A DNA stretch of 64,000 bases from Octopus vulgaris (Eukaryota): assembly GCA_951406725.2 (NCBI GenBank), contig OX597820.1, positions 49,290,001 through 49,354,000 on the forward strand, in the 5' to 3' direction. Positions within the stretch are counted from its first letter, which is position 1; each line of letters begins with the position of its first letter. A model generated the notes under the pieces. The model was given only the letters and a program-made list of their open reading frames with translations, searched no databases and had not been told where the DNA came from. Below, piece after piece: positions 11,897 through 26,276 of the stretch. The translations under genes and the position numbers were made by a program.

Positions 11897-11952
11897 GGTG
11901 CCCCAGCATGGCCACAGCTCATTAGCTGAAACTGGAAAAATCAAAATCAAAA
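11892..11952 (+). mobile_element. Extremely 5'-truncated 3' stub of the same CR1-group LINE
   Basis: TGGCGGTGCCCCAGCATGGCCACAGCTCATTAGCTGAAACTGG followed by AAAATCAAAATC; nearly identical to the LINE end at 9951-9993; flanked by (TA)n on both sides. Confidence 0.85.
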
Positions 11953-12339
11953 AAATATATATATATACACAAACACACATATATTTATATGTGTATGTGT
12001 GTGGAGTCACGGTCGTATATATCAGACGAAGGATGCATCTATGTAGGTATGTGGATGTATACGTATATCCGGTGATGCTAGTGTTTGTGAGTTTTTCATA
12101 TGTAAGCTTTAGAGAACTAAATATCTCACTTAAACTTTTGTTCAGAATGCAATTTGGAGGAAAAATAATGGATTTAATGTGAATTAAACAAAATATATTT
12201 TTGAAAGCGTAACTCTGTTTAATATACATGTGAAAAACTTACACATTTCAATATCTGAATATGACAAAAGATTGCACTGAGTTGGCTTTCCAACACAAAA
12301 TATTATAGGCAAGACATATTAAAGTATGCAAACATGCTC

Positions 12340-12660
12340 TCTCTTTTTACTCTTTTACTTGTTTCAGTCATTTAGCTGTGGCCATGCTACAGCACCGCTT
12401 TAATCGAGCAAATCGCCCCCAGGACTTAAGCCTAGTACTTATCGGTCTCTTTTGCCGAAACGCTAAGTTACGGGGGCGTAAACACACAAGTATCAGTTGT
12501 GAAGCGATGCTAGGTGACTAACACATACACACAAGCATACACACACACATACACACATATATATGTATACATACATATATACGACGGGTTTCTTTCAGTT
12601 TCCGTCTACCAAATCCACTCACAAGGGTTTGGTCGGCCCGAGGCAATAGTAGAAGACACA
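12340..12660 (-). mobile_element. SINE-A lacking its 5' head
   Basis: High similarity to 2170-2455; ends at AGAAGACAC and runs into (CA)n. Confidence 0.9.
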
Positions 12661-12743
12661 AACACACACACACACACACACACATGTATATATGTATATG
12701 TGTGAGTGTGTGTTTATACATATACATACATACATATATATAC

Positions 12744-12834
<91 letters not shown>

Positions 12835-14010
12835 ATGCGTGTGAGCGTGTGTGTTTGTGTGTGTGTGTGTGCATTTGTGTGTGTATGCATAACTCTTTGT
12901 GTTTGTGTGCATAAAGTTTGCGTATCTACTTAGTCGTTGTTAGCAGAGTTGTCTTTGAGATAATGTAAATTATGTCTGACTACACAATTATTAGACGCCC
13001 GAAACTATGGGATGAATCAGCAGATATCTTAATTTCTCAATTATTTGTAATCTGTTTGTATGTATGTATGTACCTACATATGTACTCAGGTATGTGTATA
13101 TGTATGAATGTAAGTATACTATTACAAAAACCAAACGTCTAAATACTGGGGTATTCTTTTGGTTTCTATAAGTACACACAGCCGTCACTCGTGAGTGAGT
13201 ATAACTTGAGAATATAGGCCTTGCTTCATTATTGTTTATGTACATATGGATTTCTGAAAAAATGATAGCGGCACTTCCGCAAGCCTTACCATTGGTATTG
13301 TAGTACATCCATAATGTCCAAGTTAGGAAGAGCTGCCCAAGTATGCCACTGGTACTTATTTACAGTAGGATAAACTTCAGAAACGTAAAATGAAACGTCC
13401 TTCAAGTACACAATAAGTCAAGCGATCTTTTAATGCTCCGTCTTTACTGATAAGAAGATGAAAACGCTAACCAACAAGCGAAAAATAGAAAATGTCGCTC
13501 AGATCGTATCTTAAAGACTTTTCTGTTTTGTACCATTCAGGAAAATAATGCAAAGTTCAAAGCTAGAATACATTTGAACAGAAATATGCCTGATGATATT
13601 TGACATGGGGATAATTAAATTTAACAAAACAACACGTCAATAAGTGAGCTTGTTGTGGTCTCTTAACTTACTAGAAAAAACAGCTAAAAACCGCTGTTCC
13701 CCTTCTAACAAATCTATCATTATACAGGCGGACGGATAAAACAAGTTCAACATAAATATATTCATACTTACTACACATTCAATGCACGAACGCATTTACT
13801 CATGGATTTACACAATCAGAGTGGTCTTGTGGATGAAAAACTCTTTCTAATTTTCAAACGAGTCCAGCAATATTGAGTCGCGTGGGCATGTCCATTGTTG
13901 GACATCAGTGTTGTGCTGATACTAATTTTTCAACCCCGAAAGAAGGAAATGCAAAATGGAACCCTGTGCGGCATATGAATTCCGTACGTAAAGTTACATG
14001 GATGAATATT

Positions 14011-14027
14011 TAATAATAATAATAATG

Positions 14028-14077
<50 letters not shown>

Positions 14078-14116
14078 AACAATAACAATAACAATAACAA
14101 TAACAATAACAATAAC

Positions 14117-14200
<84 letters not shown>

Positions 14201-14201
14201 A
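14011..14201. repeat. Compound (AAC)n/(AATAAC)n/(AAT)n microsatellite
   Basis: Direct reading. Confidence 0.97.
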
Positions 14202-14454
14202 CATTTTAATTTATATTAAATATGAGTACTAAATATGAGCATTTCTGTGCGAAGAGTTGCTGGCCGTATCTAAGGGAAGGGTAAATGAATTTTTGTAAAG
14301 TAGGGCTAGTTTTGAAGTGAAATGAATTAACAAACTTAAAGTAATAGCCAAACACATACACAAGCGCAAATGTATTTATGTACGCAACTAGGTGTATATA
14401 TATATATATATATATATAAAGGCATGGGTGTATATACATGCCTACATACATACA

Positions 14455-14488
<34 letters not shown>

Positions 14489-14963
14489 CATACATACATA
14501 CATATATAAATATATATACTTATGTATATATATATATGTGTGTGTGTACTGGCACGTACTCATATGAACTTATGCTTAACCATATACATATATATATATA
14601 TACATAGAACATACAGGAACACACACATATAATATGTCTATGTATGTGTGCGCTCCTGTGTGTATGTGTGTGTGTGTATTTATATGTTTGTGTCCTTTTT
14701 TTCCTTTTCGCTGGGTAATCCTCTACACGTTTTTTGTAAGATGATGGAGCTTGGTGATGAAAATATCTGACACCAGCACCGAAAACTGATGGAAATCGAG
14801 GCCGTTATCAGGGGTGACCCCCCCTATCCTTTCCTCATCCCAACCGCCACCGCCTCCCTTATTTCACACATCAGACTATGCATGGAACGTCACATATAAA
14901 CAACAAACGATAATCAACAACATATAAATACGTACATGTAAACACGTGCGCATTTACACACAC

Positions 14964-15006
<43 letters not shown>

Positions 15007-16215
15007 TACACATACACCACCCACATATATATATATATATATATATACACAGAAATATACATATGTATATCCCTGCATTTGTACACACACGCGAGCACAT
15101 ATACATACACATACATATACATGTATATACACATACATATGAATATGTATGTATGTACAAGTATGGATATACGTGTTTGTATATGTATATATATATGTGT
15201 GCCTATACAAATATATATATATATATACATACATACACACACAAACACACACCGTACACGCACGCACGCACACAAACACACACACATATAGAGAGGTAAC
15301 CCAAGATCTCTTTACTCATCGACCTTTGCACTGACAAGTGTCACTGTTAACTAGAATGTCGGCATTCCTTTGGAAACATCTGAGGGAATGTGGTGTTATT
15401 GGTGATAGGGGATGTTAAGTACTTGTTGTGGCGGTTTGGTAGTAGTGTGGTTGCTATGGCGAAGGCGGTGATAGCGACGGTAGCGATGAAACAGGCGGTG
15501 GTGGTGGTGGTATACGTGTTGGTTGTGTTTGCCATAGTAATAATACTGGAAAGCGATGTTGCGGGGGAGGGGGTAGTTGTTGTTTACCCCGAAATCAACT
15601 TGCTCATGTAGGCCTTGATCAAAAACATTCAGGCTCTGTCCACCCAGGTTAATTTTTTTTTTGTTTTTGGAATAGGGTACCATGGACTACATCATCCAAG
15701 GTTTCCATTTTTAACAGAGATGTCTAATTTAGCTGGGTTATTTCTGCTTATATTAGTAGTGGCTGTAATCGGTTGTAGATTCAAATGTGTACGTATGTAC
15801 GTATGTATGTATGTATGTGTGTATGCATGTTTGTATGTGTGCATGTATGTATGTATGTATGTATGTATGTATGTATGTATGCATGACTGTATGTATACAT
15901 TATGTACGTATGTATGTATGTATGAATGCATGCATCTATTTATCTCTCAATTTATCTCATCTCCTCCACTCTCCCCCCTCTCTCTATATATATATGTGTG
16001 TGCGTAAGTATGTACATATATGTATGCCTATATATATAATATTTATATTATTTTTATATATAAAATATATATATTTTATATATATATATATACACACATA
16101 CACACACACACACACACGCAGAGACACACGTATATAAGGCAACCTCGAAAAGCTGGTTCTCTAATCAGCATCATTAGACTTTGGCCGGCTTAATAGAATA
16201 GGAGCTTTATTTGAC

Positions 16216-16278
<63 letters not shown>

Positions 16279-17028
16279 CATATATACATACATATACATA
16301 TATATTTATATGCACTGCACGTTAAACATTCTTTCATTTTAAAGACAAGTTGTTTATTCTGAAAATTTAAGAACGAGCCACGAAGTTAGCATACGGTAAC
16401 GGATAAGTTAGGTATAAAAACAAATTAATCTCTTAAGCGTGTTTTCCTTTTTTGTTGTTTTTTGTCTAATGATGACTTACTAATTTTCAAAAACCTCTTT
16501 TATTTTCCGATCTTCATATTAGTTAGGAATGTTGTCATACATATGGTGTAGTATTTCAGCATTTGTATAGTTAAAAGTATTTAGATGTAAGGAAAATGCT
16601 TACTCCTCTTGGATCTTAATTATTCATATGCTTTCACATTTCTAATTCATGTGTAATTACACTTAATGGAAATGCCCTTTGAATACGTTATTCTCTTCGC
16701 TCATTCTTTGGTTATACTTAGTTTAGTAATAAAATGTGTTTGGCTTTAAAATGAGATTACAGAACGAGATTTCGTCTATGGTCCTTGCGATTCGACCAAA
16801 AGTGCTTACGAGTCATTATTGACCTACATTGATACAACTCAGTCAGTGCATATCAACAGAAAAATACCACTGTGTATAGCATATGCAGGCACCACCAATA
16901 CTGAGACTTCCTGAAATTACAATCAAATGATGTGTCTACGAATTATCTGGGCACATGCTTTTCTTTTTCTTCTCTGCGATATTTAGTCTCCTTGCTTTAA
17001 TGAAATGGTCAATCTTCATAAAGAAGGA

Positions 17029-17070
<42 letters not shown>

Positions 17071-17300
17071 TCATTTAATCCAGTTTTTCTTGAAAGTCCT
17101 GGAGTCTTGCTAACTGCAGGCCTACAGTACCATGCTATCTACTCTATTAAAATATCCAATATTTTCCTGCTGATTCTGGCCCTGCAAAGGAAGCAAACCT
17201 CTTGTAATAACTCTACTGGGCACTCTATTCCCATTTCCTCTATATTCTTCTCAATACCTCCTGATACATCTTGCAGGGTCCCAGGAATAATTTGCCCTGT
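17029..17300 (-). mobile_element. Dong/R4-clade 3' end (RLE C-terminus, 3' UTR, microsatellite tail)
   Basis: Minus strand QIIPGTLQDVSGGIEKNIEEMGIECPVELLQEVCFLCRARISRKILDIL resembles the PI-x-x-GALG...LLQK-x-x-LLGTARI-x-RKVL terminus of R4/Dong ORFs. A short UTR is followed by (ATG)n at 17029-17072. Confidence 0.8.
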
Positions 17301-18186
17301 CGTATTTACGAGGATATCATCATTAACATCACCAAGAAGCAGGATGAGTGACCACGTTGAGGGGACGTGGCTATTATGATGATATTGCTGTAGATGGTCT
17401 AAGATATTATATCTGATGTAGATATCTATAGTTGCTGAACGTACAGAAGTTAATCTCTATGCTCAATGTATTATTTGTGGTTGTGCGGTTATGGCAGCAC
17501 AGGATGTATTCTGACATTCTTTTGCAGTTTTCTTGTGACAAGAGGAAACCCTTAACAATAACAACACATACTAAATAATGAGATAAACAAAAACACCAGA
17601 TCAAACACATAAATAAAACCCAAATTAAATAGATGAAAATAGTAACAAAAAACACATATATCTTTAGTAATGTCTTTCGGCAGAAACACAAAGGGACAGA
17701 ATTGAATCTGCCACAGAAAGTCACAGCAGAAAAGAAGAATAAAATAAAGAAAAAGCTAATATGAATAAATTCCTATAAGACATCCTGTAACAAGAGTTGT
17801 TGATTCTTGTTTTTTTTTTGTTTGTTTGTTTCGTGTCTCTAATACTAAGAATTTTTTCGCAGATCATTCAAGGAAATTAAGTCAGATTTCTATAAATGAT
17901 ACTACGTTTGTAAAAATGTGTGTACATATGGCTGTTCATTTTTTTTTCACTTTCCCTTCCTTTCTTCTCTCTCTCTCTCTCTCTCTCACTCTTTCGTTCA
18001 TTCTCGCTGTTTTTCACCCAAACAATACACAAAAACACCCACATATATACATATATACATACATACGTACATACAAACATACGTATATACCGACAGCTAG
18101 ATTGAGTGACACGCAGACAGACTGACATACGGATAGATAGATAGATATGTTCCTTTATTAGCCACACAGGGCTGCACAGACGGACA

Positions 18187-18375
<189 letters not shown>

Positions 18376-18780
18376 TCATATACAGATGAGGAAATGGAAT
18401 TGGTCAGAACTGATCTTTATATCTTTATAATTTCCGTTAAGATTTGTCCACAACTTTTCCATATATATATATACATAATACTGCAATATGCAAGATGTTT
18501 TTAGAAAAACTCCTTCCATTAACACCGAATGAAGAACCTAGTGGGCGAAATTGTATCTCGATACCAAGGATGTGGAAGAAAACTAAGATACTCACACATG
18601 CACATGCGTATTTATGGAGAAACAATCACGTATATATGTGCTTCTATCTATCTATCTATCTATCTACGTAAAAAAAAGTGTGTTACTGTCTGGGAGATCT
18701 TTATGGTCGTAGAAAAGGTATTTTAACTTCGGTTTCAAAATTCGGTGCGTGGCGAAGCAATTAGCCGACCCCTGATTACA

Positions 18781-19183
18781 AGAAACGTTAGCACGCCGGG
18801 CGAAATGCTTAGCGGTATTTCGTCTGCCTTTACGCTCTGAGTTCAAATTCCGCCGAGGTCGACTTTGCCTTTCATCCTTTCGGGGTCGATAAATTAAGTA
18901 CCCGTTACGCACTGGGGTCGATATAATCGACTTAATCCGTTTGTCTGTCCTTGTTTGTCCCCTCTGTATTTAGCCCCTTGTGGGTAGTAAAAAAACAGGT
19001 ATTTCGTCTGCCGCTACGTTCTGAGTTCAAATTCCGCCGAGGTCGACTTTGCCTTTCATCTTTTCGGGGTCAATTAAATACGCAGCAGGTACGCACTGGG
19101 GTGGATGTAATCGACTTAATCCCTTTGTCTGTCTTTGGTTGTCTCCTCTATGTTTAGCCCCTTGTGGGCAATAAAAAATAAAA
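18781..19183 (+). mobile_element. SINE-B dimer (tRNA-derived; central motif resembles the Deu/Nin-type domain)
   Basis: Two units, each with B-box GAGTTCAAATTCC, GTCGACTTTGCCTTTCATC(C/T)TTTCGGGGTC and a TTTAGCCCCTTGTGGG tail. Confidence 0.9.
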
Positions 19184-19558
19184 TTATAGAATATTTGTAT
19201 CTGCCTGTCTGTCTGTCTGTCTATCTATCTACCTGCGTGTCTGCTTATCTATCTACATACACACGCACATGCCTACATGCATGCCTACATCCATCCATCC
19301 ATCCATCCATACATACATACATACATACATACATGCATGCATACATGCATACATACATACATGTATACATACATACATACATAAACAGACACTCCCCGAC
19401 ACGCACGTCTATATATAAGGTTAGGATTAATAGAATAAAAGATGACAAAGGAATAAACGATATTCCTTTGTCTGTTTTCCTATCGCTGTGTACTCGACTA
19501 ACGCCTTGTTCACGAGCATATTTATATTAAGTTCTTCACCAGGTTATATATATATATA

Positions 19559-19941
19559 CTAGCAGTATCGCCCGGCGTTGCTCAGGTTTGTAAGGGAAAT
19601 AACTATAAAGCATTTTTAGAGAGTTATAGCCAAAAAATAGCAAAAAAATGGAAAAAAAATGATGGTAAATTTTTTTGAGAGTTAAAAAAGGTGGAGTTGC
19701 GTCCCCTAGACGGTCTGTGGTTTGGGTTTCTAATTCTCGACCCCATGTCGAATTTATCGATTTTTTTCAGAACTGGGGGAACTTTTCAAAATTTTCGCTG
19801 CGTTAGTTTTAAATTATGACATTGGGCTATGCGTGTGTCAAGTTTCATCAGAATCGGTTGAAAGCCGTGGTCAGAGTGAGGGTACGAGAAAACAGACACA
19901 CAGAAAACGCACAGACAAACTGCCGTTTATATATAGAGAGA
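19559..19941 (-). mobile_element. Non-autonomous Helitron
   Basis: Minus strand starts A|TCTCTCTATATATAAA and ends CCTGAGCAACGCCGGG-CGATACTG-CTAG|T: 5' TC, subterminal hairpin, 3' CTAG, A/T insertion site, no TSD. Confidence 0.85.
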
Positions 19942-21274
19942 TGTATATCTATAATTGCACATATTATATTATATATGTTGTTATATATATAGTATATGTT
20001 GTTTTATATATGTATATATGTGTGTGTTTGTTGTTATATATATATATATTTCATGTATGCATAAATTTATCAAAGCACACACACGCACACTCATAAACAC
20101 ACACTCACGCACACACGTTCGCGCGCGCGTATGTGATATTGCTCGATACCCATCAGTCACATATCCTTTCTTACTTTTTTCGATGTTAATGATTCTGTCA
20201 GCTTGCCCTCTTTCTTGTTCGAAATGCTGAATGCTTACAGAGAAGGCAGTCCGCATCCAAATATCTGGACAGGCAAATAATACTTTTCCATCATTTTTTC
20301 GTTTTTTTTTTTCTTGCAACGTTTTAGGTAAGTCAATGATAACGCTTACATCCAGTCTCACTGTCTTCACCGTACTTCTTATTGAGTTAATTTATCATTT
20401 TAAAACGAATGAACCCACCCCTAATCCAAACCAATTCTCTTTCCTAATAACCTTTATTTGCTGCACGTGCAGCCTTTAACTCACTGAAAATTCTTTGAGC
20501 CTTTCTCTGCAGTAAATGAAGACTAAAAGGCGTATTAAGCTAATTTTGATCTCCTAACAAATTGCCAGTGGCCTTTCCATTTCAATAATTAAACCAATGC
20601 GTTGCTTAGAGATATTATTAGTTCTCATCGGATCAGAGCCTTTTATATGCTCCATTATTCTCACTTTGTCCTTTAAAATTGTGCCGGTGATCGACCGACT
20701 GTATCCTAGATGTTTTCCAATATTCGTTGAAGTTTTACCTCACTGTGATCTTTATATTCGTTTCTACTTAAATTATCAATCGTTATTATTATGTTTTTTA
20801 TTTTTATTTAATGAATAGCCGTCACTTGCATCGGTTTTATGCATTGCAAGCATGATTAGTAGGATAAACACAAGGAAATATTAAACGAAAACACGTATAA
20901 CACGAACAACAGTTTTTTCGTGATCTAAGAAATATGGTGTAATTTTATGATGGTGTAATTTTATTATTCCACGAGTCAACGAACTGCTGAAAGCGTTTCC
21001 GGTTTGTGTGTGCTGCAGAGAGATTTGTTTCTTCGTTATTGGGAACCAGTATATGTGAGTAGATAGAATTTATAGGGGACGGGTCGTAAACCGGGCATTC
21101 TAAAGACTAGATTACCTGTTTTTAAATGCATACCTACAACCAATCAAAATGATTAGGAGATATATACAAATTTTTTTTATGTTGGATAATTTAATATTTG
21201 CAAAGAACGAATAAACAGAATTGAGAATAACAACAAAATATCCTCTACATCTGCAAGAAGATCATTTCTTATAT

Positions 21275-21433
21275 ATGGGCGTGGGTGTGTGGAAAGAAGC
21301 TTGCTTCTCAACCAAATGTTTCCGGATCCAGTCCCACTGCGTGATACCTTACGCAAGTGTCTTCTACTATAGCCTCTGGCCAATCAAAGACTTGTGAGTA
21401 GATTTGATATACGGAAAATGAAAAAAGCCCGAC

Positions 21434-21476
<43 letters not shown>

Positions 21477-21706
21477 TGTGTGTGTGTGAGTGTGTGTGTG
21501 TGTGTGTGTGTATGCTTTTCTCTTTGTGTCTGTGTTTGTCTCACCGCCACCATCACTTGACGGCTTCAGAACTGATGTTGGTATGTTTACATCCCCGTAA
21601 CTTAGTGCTTCGGTAAAAGAAATCGATAGAATAAATACTAGGCTTACAAATAATAAGTCATGGGGTGGATTTCTTCGAATAAAAGCCCTTCAAGTTGGTG
21701 CCCCAC
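21275..21706 (+). mobile_element. SINE-A, plus-strand copy
   Basis: GGGCGTGGGTGTGTGGAAAGAAGCTTGC head ... CCCCGTAACTTAG ... TTGGTGCCCCAC; internal (TA)n/(TG)n. Confidence 0.88.
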
Positions 21707-21742
21707 TTAGATAGATAGACAGATATACAGACAGACAGAGAC

Positions 21743-21821
<79 letters not shown>

Positions 21822-22055
21822 CACAAAAGCAATCGCATATGCATACAGGGACTAAAATACGCACACGCAAAGTATGATAATATGATAATATGAAAATGCC
21901 TAACTAAATTTAAATATCATATATTTGTAAATATACTGAGTTCGGTAGTTTCATTTACTGAGATTATTCATGCATTCGTAAGTAGGCTTGTGGGTGTGTG
22001 GGTATGTGAATATGTGTGTTTGTGGGTGTGCCTCTGTGGATGTGCACCACTGTGA

Positions 22056-22174
<119 letters not shown>

Positions 22175-22654
22175 TGTGTGCGTGCGTTCATGCGCCCTGA
22201 GGTTAAACACCAATTCTCCTGTTACCAGGAAAAACTAGTCATTCGAGATCCTGCAATAACTGTGACAATTTTTAGCCGTCCTAAATCATGTGCTTAAAAG
22301 TATTTCAGCTCATCGCTCTCAAAGCCTGCAAAACAGCTTTTATGAGACAATACAAGTTGACTTTCAAATCCTAAGTATCCAACTAAAAAAAAAAATAGAT
22401 AAATAAAAGACGAAACAATTATACGTGAATGCATGTATGCATGGTGTGTGAGGTTAAGTGTGCATTAGTGTGTGAGCGTGTGTATAATAAGTAATGCATA
22501 ACGGCATGTTTATTCATGCGTAACAATCTTTTATGTAGCCATTGAGACGGTGAGATCTATTTGCAACGAAGCTATTCAGCGTCGGTCAAGAGGAACAACT
22601 AACCTCTGAATCATGTCTTTGTCATTTTTTTAAATGTTGTTGCTGTGTTTAGCT

Positions 22655-22694
<40 letters not shown>

Positions 22695-22832
22695 CTGTTG
22701 TTGTTGTTGTTGTTGTTGTAGTAGTAGTAACCTATTGTATTTTATATGCCCTACAGAAATATATTCAGTATATTCAGTTTTCACAAATGAAAAATGAATA
22801 AGTAAATGACGGCATTAATAATAATAATAATA

Positions 22833-22903
<71 letters not shown>

Positions 22904-22924
22904 TAACAACAACTACAACAACAA

Positions 22925-23945
22925 CACACCCTTTGATTTGTTACAAGGGCATCAGATGGGTGGGACGTTACAAGGACAGTTTCAAATTTATGTGGGATTT
23001 TACACACAAGATGAGAAGAAAGCGAGAAGAAGGAGAGATGAGATGGAAAGTATACATAGTATACAAAATATAAGAATGTGTGTATGATACAGTTCTAAAG
23101 CAGGAGACACTGTGACTAGGCCCAAACAAGGAACACCAGATAAAAAATCCCCTTGATCACCTAAATTTGGCCGGACTGCTCTTCTGCAATCTACCATCTT
23201 CAGCTTCCAACTTTTTGAGAAAGCCGTTGTGAGAGAGCATTTTCTTCTCCGCCCTCACTTCTCCTTTTAAGTGGAACTTTAAAACTAAGTCAATACTTGA
23301 CCGAGGAGTAAAGTGTCAATCGTGAATCCTTTCATAATTGCTCACTGCACATCCTCTTTCACCAAAGCTATTAGACAGAAGAATACTGCCGCCTCTGTAT
23401 TGTTAAAGACGTGTTGGACTGGCTGTCGGCTGATACCCGGATTCGTTGTCCCCTCGATTACTCCCCAATGCTCGGACACCGCACGTGTGTATACAGTATG
23501 GTGTTATCACTAGAGGTGGTCTTGTACCACTAGTGTCTTTCGGTGACACAGTCAGGCGAATATTTCCGGAAATTATCGATGAGTTCTGACCTGATACTCC
23601 CCCGGAAAAGAGTAGCAATTTGATTCTCTACGCCATCCAGAATCTTTCTAAATGATGACTTGGGCAAAGCACGACGATCAAGCGGTAAATTATTATGAGG
23701 GTGAATAGAAATTCGACACTTCTGTACTATCTATCAGGGATGGGATTCACTCAGTTCAATTAGGAGTAGATGTAGCCAGCGTACTTATAAAATCATCCTA
23801 GGTTCTGTCTACCTGGATGTCAGAACCAAACCATACCAGAGCAATATAACCGGTCTATTCGTCTAGCGATCTACTTGTCTCTCCAGGCCCGCCGACTGGA
23901 CCGTCTTTATCATTGTTCTTGCCATCTCTTGGTATTTCTCAGAAA
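22925..23945 (-). mobile_element. Degraded L1/Tx1-like LINE, 3' region (ORF2 C-terminus and 3' UTR)
   Basis: Locally higher GC. Minus strand gives SDNTILYTHVRCPSI (second half of a CCHC knuckle, cf. ET-x-x-H-x-x-x-x-C), then FNNTEAAVFFCLIALVKEDV*..MKGFTIDTLLLGQVL..KFHLKGEVRAEKKMLS; ends at (AAC)/(AAT) repeats. Confidence 0.65.
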
Positions 23946-24249
23946 AGCCATACAATACTATTGAGGATTTTAGAAAAGTATCATCGAAAATATAAGGATG
24001 ACTTCCTAAATTTCAAATGGGTTTCGAACAGAACATTCTAGAAAATGGAACTAAACAAAAAAGAAAGAAATACAGCAAAAATCCTGTGGGAGTTTATTGA
24101 AATATGAGAAAGATATAAAATCTGAAGTCGCTTAATTATTGCGTTTTCGGGACGAGACTACTCGGGAAGTATAGTAAACTAAATCACTTCCATTATATCA
24201 AAATAACTTTCAGTGAAGAATATGAGTCTATACAATAGCGCTATCCTCT

Positions 24250-24555
24250 TTGGCTATGTGGTATTAGGTTCACGATCATGAATTCAGTACTTGGTGGTGG
24301 GTTGAGTCCTTGCGCAAGACTCTTTAAATTTCACGTTTCTCCTGTCCACTCAGTTGAGGAGTAAAATGAACAATATATGAAATTCAATCGGCAGGCATTG
24401 TCATATTCCGAGTCATGCCGAATCTCCATGATTACTTTCTTAACAGCACGCATGTCTTTGAAGTGCTCAGCCACTTACACATTAATTTCATGAGCAGACT
24501 CTTCCGTTGATCGAATCAACTAGAACCCTTGTCATTACAACCAACGGAGGGCTAA
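24250..24555 (+). mobile_element. Diverged SINE with SINE-D-like core and SINE-C-like tail
   Basis: TTTCACGTTTCTCCTGTCCACTCAG core; tail GTGCTCAGCCACTTACACATTAATTTCATGAGCAGAC...GTTGATCGAATCAAC matches 42195-42255. Confidence 0.7.
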
Positions 24556-24689
24556 TACCCATGTGCCACAAAAGAATATTAAAGGGCTGTAACTCTGGTA
24601 GTAATCAACATTATAAATATTAATAAAATTTGAACTCGCGTATAAACATAGGAAATTAGATACCAGGTCTGTACTGATTCTTTCGATCT

Positions 24690-24910
24690 ACCACTGATTA
24701 GTAATATGTATTAGTCGTGATATGTACAACTGAAGAATGGTTAAGGATCGAATCCCAAAAGCAGCGGATAACATACCACGGGGTGTTTGTGTTACAACCC
24801 ATTGCGTTACTAGTTCAAATCCGTCGTGGTTTGCTTCAGCGTTCATTTTTCGTTCGCTGATAAAATAATCATTACTCAATTACTGGAGTCTATATAATCG
24901 ACTCTTCCCT
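24690..24910 (+). mobile_element. SINE-B, degraded
   Basis: AGTTCAAATCCG...GCGTTCATTTTTCG...GATAAAATAA...ACTGGAGTCTATATAATCGACT. Confidence 0.6.
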
Positions 24911-25263
24911 ACGCATATACGAGAACTAAATATTGAGAACAACAATGCTGAGGGTAAGTAAAATAGTAAGTATAATGATAGTGATAATAAAGATGACGCC
25001 GACGGCACCGAAGGCGACAACAACGAACACGACAACGATGATATTGAAAGTAAGGATGTTTACAACGGTCATGATGTTTACAGAAATAATATGAAATGAA
25101 ATGTGAATGGTTGTGATGATGGACTTGTGGTAATGAAATTTTGTATTTAAATCGATATGAAAGAAACTAACGTAAAAGCTGAGCAATTTGGGAGAATTCA
25201 GGCACAAAAATTCCACTGCCTAAAACGGTTGGCGCTAAAAGCAAAACAGATAGCTAGATAGAT

Positions 25264-25298
<35 letters not shown>

Positions 25299-25414
25299 CA
25301 GAGAGAAAGACAGTGAGGACATGAAAATGAGACAGCAACGGTGCCAGAGAAGGTCTACATGTATATCTGAGAGATATTATATATGTACACATATATATAC
25401 ATATATACATAAAT

Positions 25415-25461
<47 letters not shown>

Positions 25462-26194
25462 ATTTACGTAAATGCATACACACACACACACACTGAGAGA
25501 GTAGTAGAAAGGGAAAGGGTAAGAATGTAGGCAGGAGAGAGAAAGATGGGATGGAAAGAATTTACAGGTCTCCTTTCCTTCTTTCTTTCGTTCGTTCGTT
25601 CTTACTCTCCCTCTTTCTTTCTTTCATTTTCTAATTATTATTATTAATTTAATGTGCTGCTTTAATATGCTCTTTTTTTCTGTCTGGCGCCGATATCAAA
25701 TAAATATTCGTGGTTGATATAGCAATAGATGTAGTCTAAGTGAAATTTTCTCTTTTGTCTGTAGACTAATAATCTTTAGTATTATTGATATTAGAGTAAT
25801 AACAATGATGATGATGATGATGATCGTCATCATCATCACCGTCATCGTTATTATCATCATCATCATTCTCACCATCAACATCCTCATCATTACATCAGGC
25901 GGGCGTCAATCAGACATTTGGTGTCATATTCCACATTGATCCCAGCATTTGTTGAATTCGCCATGGTTTCCATTTTTCTCTTTGATTGATTTATTAATAA
26001 ATCAGGGAAATTTCAGAATGCTCCGCAAAAGTTACTAAAATAGTTGAAATATCGTTCGTGGGGAAAAAACAAAGGGCTTCATTTCGTTGTGTTTCCGGCT
26101 GTTTGAATCAAATAAACTATTTATACTTTACATCAAATACTGAGTACACTATCTTCAATTCGTTACGACAAACGTACTTACATATATGTCTGTA

Positions 26195-26276
<82 letters not shown>

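Noticed and set aside
16703-16730. TCTTTGGTTAT, matching the 5' end of miR-9
   Set aside because: Only 11 nt match and there is no precursor hairpin.
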